Assembly (NCBI GenBank): GCA_016934315.1
Contig: JAFGSY010000039.1
Location: 24,454-88,453 of the forward strand
Length of the DNA: 64,000 nucleotides
From: Candidatus Anaeroferrophillus wilburensis
GTDB taxonomy: Bacteria; Desulfobacterota; Anaeroferrophillalia; Anaeroferrophillales; Anaeroferrophillaceae
Direction: 5' to 3'
A program made the position numbers and the translations under genes. The notes beneath the pieces were generated by a model that ran no database searches, was not told where the DNA came from, and saw only the letters and a program-made list of their open reading frames with translations. Position 1 is the first letter of the stretch. The number at the start of each line of letters is the position of its first letter. This document shows, piece after piece, positions 58,738 through 64,000 of this stretch.

Positions 58738-61242
58738 CTACCGCTCCCGCATCTGGAATGATGGCTGGCTGTTGGCTATCCGCCAAGCGGGATAAAGACC
58801 GGCGGCCATCGATGCAAGGGCGGTGACGGCCGCCATGCCAGGATAGAGGCTTACATCAAATCTGAAATCGATCGTCCAGCCGAACGATTTCAGATTAATA
58901 ACCTTGATCAGAACCCAGGCGAGGAGGGGGCCGCAGAATGCCGCACCAGCAATCGCCAGCATTCCCAGGGTCAAAGAGTGGCCGAGGGCCAGGGAAAAGA
59001 CCTCTCCCCGGCTCAGCCCCAGGGCCCGAAGAATGCCGTATTCCCGCTCATTTTCTATATAGATGGCCAGCAGGGCGCTGATAATGCCGAAAAAAGCCAC
59101 CAGAATGGCAATCATCCTGGTGCTGAGGGTAATGGCAAAGCTGCGATCAAAAATCTCCATGATCCGCTGCCGCAGTTCATGGTTGGCATAGACAAAGCAG
59201 GGCAGGGATTTGAGCTGTTGCTGCAAGGTGGCAGCAAATGCTTTCCGATCCACACCCGGAGATAGAAAAAGCGCCATGGAATTAATTCCCTGATCATTGA
59301 GCAAACTGGCCAGGTTGTCGTAATCCAGCAGAATAACGCCATGTTCGGTGATATAATCGCGAAAAACCGCAGCAATGGTATACGCCCGGCGGCCCGCATA
59401 ACCATCCAGACTGATAGTGTCGCCGGCGGTCAGCTGGTTTTTTCGTGCCAGGCTTTCGGAAATGAACACTTCGTCGCCGGTGGCCATTCTCTCCCAGGGA
59501 TCTCCCGGCAGGGATGCGGTAAAGAGATAGCTGGAGTGGTGCTGCAGGGTTCTGGCATCAACCCCGGAAAGCCTCACCAGGCGATGATTGAACTGATAGC
59601 GGATGTTGCGATAGCGGTTGATGGCTGCTACGTGGTCAAGCTGTCGGACAGCGGTGATCAGCTGTGGATCAAGGAGACTGGCGTCATAATCCCGGTCGCT
59701 GTCGGTAATGAAAAAATCACCTTGGATACTGTTGAGAAACCAGTGGTCGACCGTTTGACGAAAGGAGCCGATCATCAACGAGATGGCCATCGACATCGCC
59801 AAAGCAACCATCAGGGCGGCAATGGCCGGTGCACTCCGGCTCAGTGAGCGTTTGACGGCGCCGACCGCCAGCCGCCACTTGATGAGGGGCATGGTGCTGG
59901 CGGTAAGGAATGAGATGCAGCGTTCGGTGGCCAATGGAACCATCAGGGAGGAACCAAGACAAATGCCGAAGGCGGCGGCGAAGCCGAAGTAGGGGGTAGG
60001 TGAAGGAAGGTAGGCAATGATCAGAGAAAGAAGAATGGTTCCGAGCCCGGCAAGGAAATTTCGCCGGCGGTGGGTAAAGGTCCGATCCTCTCCCTGACGG
60101 CGGGAGAGCAGGGAAACAATGGTGGCGTGACGAATCTCCAAGAGAGGGAAAAAAGCCGCTACCCAAGCGGCGGCAACTCCCACCAGCAATCCCTGAACAA
60201 GGAAAACAACTGTGATTCTAGGTGGTTGTGAGCGAAGAAAAAAGTAGAGATCGGAGATGGTCTGGTTGATGATCACCAGCGAGTAGCGGGCCAGGCCATA
60301 TCCGAGCAACAGGCCGACCAAGGATCCGATGATGGCGACCAGAGTGATTTCCGTGAGCAGCGCCCAGGAAATCTGGGTTGGGGAAAAGCCCATGGTCAGC
60401 AGGATGCCGATCTCCCGGCGGCGCTGGAGCAGAGAGAAGAGAACGGTATTGTAAACCAGGTAAAACCCCACAAAAAGCGATAGCAGGCTCAAGGCAGTGA
60501 GGTTGAGATTGAATGAGTCCAGCATGGAGGTGTAAAGGTCGGTGCGGCTGGCGGTTTTTACCAGTTGGAGATGTTCGGGCAATAGCTGCTCGACCTCCGT
60601 TACCGTCTTTTGATTATCAATAAGAAGCAAGATGCTTTTCAGCTTGCCACGTCCCTGCAGCATCTCCTGGACCCAGGAAATATCACCATAGACAACCGGT
60701 CGGTCACTGCTTTCGGGAACCGCGATGGTTGTCAGAATGCCTAAAGTGCGAATCCTGCTGTCCCGGCCGCCGTTGTCAAGGTGCAGCTGCTGGTGTCCGT
60801 TGGCCAGCTTGAGCGCTGCAGGGGTGGCGGCAACGGTGCCGGGTTCGGTCAGGAAACGGCTCAGAGTGTCCGGTGCCAGGGACTGGTCAAACAGCGGGTT
60901 GAGTTTCCTGGCCGCCAGCGGGTCGAGACCAACCATGGTTATTTCCCGGCCGCTAACCGGCAGGGTGCCACGCACTTCCGGTGCTGCCTGCAGGCCTGGG
61001 ATGGCAGTCATCAGCAGGCCGTAGATGCTTTCATCAATGATGCCGCTGGCAGAGGAAATTTCATGGGTTGCCCGGCTGGTGATGGCCGTGGTGGCTTGGG
61101 AAAAGGATTGCAGTGCGGAGCGGTTGGCCAGGTGGATACCGGAGACCATGCTCACCCCCAGGGCAACGCCGAAAATCCAGATGGCCGTCGACAGCGGCTG
61201 CCGCCGGTGGTGCAGCATGAAGGCTTTTAGAAGTCTAAACAT
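58738..61242 (-). CDS. ABC transporter permease with two FtsX/MacB-like domains (834 aa).
   Basis: Two repeats of periplasmic domain plus 4 TM with FtsX motifs. Overlaps the ATPase gene by 8 nt. Confidence 0.85.
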   Translation of the reverse strand: MFRLLKAFMLHHRRQPLSTAIWIFGVALGVSMVSGIHLANRSALQSFSQATTAITSRATHEISSASGIIDESIYGLLMTAIPGLQAAPEVRGTLPVSGREITMVGLDPLAARKLNPLFDQSLAPDTLSRFLTEPGTVAATPAALKLANGHQQLHLDNGGRDSRIRTLGILTTIAVPESSDRPVVYGDISWVQEMLQGRGKLKSILLLIDNQKTVTEVEQLLPEHLQLVKTASRTDLYTSMLDSFNLNLTALSLLSLFVGFYLVYNTVLFSLLQRRREIGILLTMGFSPTQISWALLTEITLVAIIGSLVGLLLGYGLARYSLVIINQTISDLYFFLRSQPPRITVVFLVQGLLVGVAAAWVAAFFPLLEIRHATIVSLLSRRQGEDRTFTHRRRNFLAGLGTILLSLIIAYLPSPTPYFGFAAAFGICLGSSLMVPLATERCISFLTASTMPLIKWRLAVGAVKRSLSRSAPAIAALMVALAMSMAISLMIGSFRQTVDHWFLNSIQGDFFITDSDRDYDASLLDPQLITAVRQLDHVAAINRYRNIRYQFNHRLVRLSGVDARTLQHHSSYLFTASLPGDPWERMATGDEVFISESLARKNQLTAGDTISLDGYAGRRAYTIAAVFRDYITEHGVILLDYDNLASLLNDQGINSMALFLSPGVDRKAFAATLQQQLKSLPCFVYANHELRQRIMEIFDRSFAITLSTRMIAILVAFFGIISALLAIYIENEREYGILRALGLSRGEVFSLALGHSLTLGMLAIAGAAFCGPLLAWVLIKVINLKSFGWTIDFRFDVSLYPGMAAVTALASMAAGLYPAWRIANSQPSFQMRER

Positions 61243-61924
61243 CGTTTTGCAGGTGTCCGTCGATAATATGCAGACGGCGGGAGCAAACCGCCGCTGCTTC
61301 GCTGCTATGTGTGACCATAATCAGGGTGGTGCCGAAGGTCTTGCAGATATGGTTCATGAGAGCGACGATATTCAGTCCGGTTTCCAGATCAAGATTGCCG
61401 GTCGGCTCGTCGGCCAGGATCAGCCGGGGTTTTTTCACCAGGGCCCTGATCACTGCCGCCCGCTGCTGCTCTCCACCCGAGACCTCCTCAGGGTAGCGGT
61501 GAAGCTTGTCACTGATGCCGGCTGCCTGACAGAGATCGGCAAGGAGCTGACCTTCTCTGCGGCCCAGCAGGGCCAGCGGCAGACTGATGTTCTCCGCCAA
61601 CGTCAGGGTGGGCAACAGGTTGAAGAACTGGAAGATGAAGCCGATGTCATGGCGGCGGTAAAGGGTGGCATTTTTTTCCGAGAATGAAGATGCTTCCTGG
61701 CTGTCGATCAACAGGCGGCCGCTGCTTGGTTTATCAATCAGGGCCAGGAGGTTCAGCAGGGTAGATTTCCCTGAGCCGCTTTTGCCCAGCAGGGCCAGGC
61801 GATCGCCGGCCATAATCTGTAGGTCTATGCCTTTGAGGGCCTCAACCGGCACGGCACCGGCATAGGTTTTTGTCAGCTTTTCCAGCTGGATAAAGCATGG
61901 AGATGCCGGTTGCGGCTGGTTCAT
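61235..61924 (-). CDS. ABC transporter ATP-binding protein (LolD/MacB-type).
   Basis: Walker A GKSGSGKST, ABC signature VSGGEQQR, Walker B LILADEPT. 229 aa. Confidence 0.9.
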   Translation of the reverse strand: MNQPQPASPCFIQLEKLTKTYAGAVPVEALKGIDLQIMAGDRLALLGKSGSGKSTLLNLLALIDKPSSGRLLIDSQEASSFSEKNATLYRRHDIGFIFQFFNLLPTLTLAENISLPLALLGRREGQLLADLCQAAGISDKLHRYPEEVSGGEQQRAAVIRALVKKPRLILADEPTGNLDLETGLNIVALMNHICKTFGTTLIMVTHSSEAAAVCSRRLHIIDGHLQNDV

Positions 61925-62040
61925 GAAGATAGTCTTTCAGGTGTTATGAGTTTTTATTGCGGTTGTCAATTTTTACCATTAAGGGTATATAACTGTCAAA
62001 CTAGTGATCTGGTAGAGTAAAGTCAAGAGGCTCCAGAGCA

Positions 62041-63102
62041 ATGCGGCGACCTACAAAAAAGATCGTTTTCGACAATCTGCCGGTTGGCGGTGATGCGCCG
62101 ATCGCGGTTCAATCGATGACCAACACCGACACCCGGGATGTCGCAGCAACGATTGGCCAGATTAAGCGGCTGGAGTCGGTGGGCTGCGAACTAGTCCGGG
62201 TGGCGGTGCCGGATATGGCGGCAGCAAAAGCCTTGGGGGCGATTAAAGCAGGGATTGCCATTCCCTTGATTGCCGATATTCACTTCCATCACCGACTGGC
62301 CATTGAGGCGGTGGAACAGGGGGTGGATGGCCTGCGGCTGAATCCCGGCAATATCGGTTCGGCTGCCCGGGTGCGGGAAGTGGTTCAGGCCTGTCGGGAC
62401 CACTCGATTCCCATCCGCATCGGGGTAAACGCCGGCTCTCTGGAAAAAGAGGTGGTGGCAGCCCATGGTCATACCCCCCGGGCTATGGTTGCCAGTGCAC
62501 TGGGCCATATTCGTTTGTTGGAAGATGAACAGTTTGATCTGATCAAGGTGTCGCTGAAATCCTCCAACGTTCCCCATACGGTTGAAGCCTATCGCCTGCT
62601 GGCTCAGGAGGTGGATTATCCCTTTCACATCGGGATCACCGAAGCGGGGACTCCCCTGCGGGGCGCTATCAAGTCGGCGGTGGGCATTGGTATTTTGCTT
62701 TATCTTGGTTTCGGGGATACCCTTAGGGTTTCATTGACTGGCGATCCGGTGGAAGAGATCTTCGTCGCCTACCAGATACTCCAGAGCCTTGGAGTGCGGC
62801 ATCGTGGAATTGAGCTGATCTCCTGCCCCACTTGCGGTCGAACCGAGATTGATCTCATCGGCTTGGCGCAGGCGGTGGAACACCGCCTGCAGCATATTCG
62901 CAAACCGCTGAAGGTGGCGGTGATGGGCTGCGTGGTCAACGGTCCCGGTGAGGCCCGGGAGGCAGATGTGGGCATTGCCGGCGGTCGAGGGAACGGTCTG
63001 CTGTTCAAGCAGGGTGAAGTGGTCTGCAAGGTGGCGGAAGACCGGCTGCTGGATGTCCTGGTGGCGGAGGTCGAAGCGCTGGCCGGCGAAAATTCCTGTT
63101 GA
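62041..63102 (+). CDS. ispG: 4-hydroxy-3-methylbut-2-en-1-yl diphosphate synthase.
   Basis: GcpE TIM-barrel N-domain and C-terminal Fe-S cysteines (CPTCGR...C). 353 aa. Confidence 0.93.
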   Translation: MRRPTKKIVFDNLPVGGDAPIAVQSMTNTDTRDVAATIGQIKRLESVGCELVRVAVPDMAAAKALGAIKAGIAIPLIADIHFHHRLAIEAVEQGVDGLRLNPGNIGSAARVREVVQACRDHSIPIRIGVNAGSLEKEVVAAHGHTPRAMVASALGHIRLLEDEQFDLIKVSLKSSNVPHTVEAYRLLAQEVDYPFHIGITEAGTPLRGAIKSAVGIGILLYLGFGDTLRVSLTGDPVEEIFVAYQILQSLGVRHRGIELISCPTCGRTEIDLIGLAQAVEHRLQHIRKPLKVAVMGCVVNGPGEAREADVGIAGGRGNGLLFKQGEVVCKVAEDRLLDVLVAEVEALAGENSC

Positions 63103-63157
63103 GATAGTCATGGGTTGTTCAACCAGGTTGACTGCCGGCTGCAGGCTGGATAAAATC

Positions 63158-63460
63158 ATGAGTAAGAATTTTCAGTCCCGAAATCTGTGGCAGCTGGGTA
63201 ATGTGTTGCATCAGTTGCTCTTCATGGTACGATTGTGCTGGCGACTGCTGCTGGATTCCCGGGTTTCGCTGCCGGTTAAAATGATTCCGGTGGCGGCAGT
63301 TTTTTACTTGCTGTCACCGTATGATCTGCTGCCCGATTTTATGCTGCCGGTGGTTGGCCAGCTTGATGACCTAGTCGTTATCGTTCTTGCCTGCCGCCTC
63401 TTTCTTTCCTTGGTGCCGCCGGAAATTGTCAATGAGCATCGGCGGAGGTTGTCCGCATGA
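63158..63460 (+). CDS. DUF1232 (YkvA-like) small membrane protein.
   Basis: Motif YLLSPYDLLPDFMLPVVGQLDDLVVI characteristic of DUF1232. ATG at 63158; the longer track ORF from 62948 overlaps ispG. Stop overlaps the mutL start (ATGA). Confidence 0.6.
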   Translation: MSKNFQSRNLWQLGNVLHQLLFMVRLCWRLLLDSRVSLPVKMIPVAAVFYLLSPYDLLPDFMLPVVGQLDDLVVIVLACRLFLSLVPPEIVNEHRRRLSA

Positions 63461-64000
63461 GTGCTGTGTCCAGAATTCATATCCTGCCTCCCCAGGTTCA
63501 TAATAAGATTGCCGCCGGTGAAGTGGTTGAGCGGCCTTCTTCAGCGGTCAAAGAGCTGGTGGAGAACGCCCTTGATGCCGGTGCCGATCAGATTACCGTC
63601 ATCATTGAAGAGGGCGGCAAACAACTGATCAAGGTTATCGACAACGGTTGCGGTATGGGGCGGGAAGATGCCCTCCTGGCTCTGGAACGGCATGCCACCA
63701 GCAAAATCATCAGCGATGCCGATCTTTTTGCTCTGCAGACCTTTGGCTTCCGTGGCGAGGCATTGCCCAGTATTGCCGCTGTTTCCCGTTTTATTCTTGA
63801 GACCAGGGAGGAAGGGGCATCAGAAGCGGTACGTATCGTATGTGATGGCAATGCTCACCTGGTGACGGCGGCAGGTGCGCCCATCGGGACAACGGTGACG
63901 GTACGGGATCTTTTTTATAATATTCCCGCCCGGCGAAAATTTCTCAAAGCCACCTCTACCGAGCGGGGGGGGGTGGTCGATTGTCTGAACCGCTTTTCCC
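63457..64000 (+). CDS. mutL: DNA mismatch repair protein MutL, N-terminal GHKL ATPase region. The 3' end lies outside the window.
   Basis: Translation MSAVSRIHILPPQVHNKIAAGEVVERPSSAVKELVENALDAGADQITV...GFRGEAL has the MutL ATP-binding motifs. Open to the window end. GGCGGAGG SD 8 nt upstream. Confidence 0.9.
   Translation, partial: MSAVSRIHILPPQVHNKIAAGEVVERPSSAVKELVENALDAGADQITVIIEEGGKQLIKVIDNGCGMGREDALLALERHATSKIISDADLFALQTFGFRGEALPSIAAVSRFILETREEGASEAVRIVCDGNAHLVTAAGAPIGTTVTVRDLFYNIPARRKFLKATSTERGGVVDCLNRFS

Noticed and set aside
62948-63157. N-terminal extension of the DUF1232 ORF overlapping ispG.
   Set aside because: It overlaps the ispG C-terminus out of frame. The conserved DUF1232 sequence begins at the ATG at 63158.
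1-64000. Looked for tRNA/rRNA genes, CRISPR arrays, IS elements, integrases and phage genes.
   Set aside because: No cloverleaf-compatible GTTCGAATC-type T-arms in intergenic regions, no regularly spaced direct repeats, no transposase- or integrase-like ORFs. The window appears to be pure core chromosome.

Overview
Read as a 64 kb chromosomal core region of a roughly 55% GC bacterium. The gene content (PFOR-family oxidoreductase, COG1900 homocysteine-pathway protein, LpxH, HDOD signalling protein) fits an anaerobic deltaproteobacterium-like organism, but no taxon can be asserted from sequence alone. About 60 protein-coding genes are called, almost all on the + strand and mostly housekeeping, in this order: a TtcA-like 3' fragment, an HDOD signalling protein, crcB, DAHP synthase, a secreted TPR protein, queA-tgt-yajC-secD-secF-queE-queC, an IMPase-family gene (-), nadB, a SAM methyltransferase (-), a ParB-like / SPL-family radical-SAM / nucleosidase trio, Trk/Ktr K+ uptake genes, a DegT aminotransferase, phoH-like and ybeY, a COG1900 protein, a giant TPR protein with ExbB-ExbD-TonB-like and FtsB-like genes, argS, a SPOR protein, lepA, lepB, a STAS protein, pyrR-pyrB-pyrC-carA, lpxH (-), carB, greA, truA, a 1261-aa PFOR-like oxidoreductase, a sulfur-handling block (COG2122 ApbE-like, NIL-ferredoxin, Rrf2 regulator, cysteine desulfurase, mnmA, MtaB-like methylthiotransferase, DUF1858 protein), tlyA, an ABC exporter with a CrtC/lipocalin-like partner (-), ispG, a DUF1232 protein and the 5' part of mutL. 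No rRNA, tRNA, CRISPR array, IS element or prophage signature was seen. The most interesting candidate is the ParB-like / spore-photoproduct-lyase-like radical SAM / nucleosidase operon, which has a perfect palindromic operator abutting a TATAAT box and a divergent SAM methyltransferase. Other items worth a second look are the sulfur-trafficking neighbourhood, a promoter-terminator mini-transcript with a small Cys-rich ORF, the TPR-ExbBD-TonB-FtsB cluster and the divergent PFOR-like enzyme.
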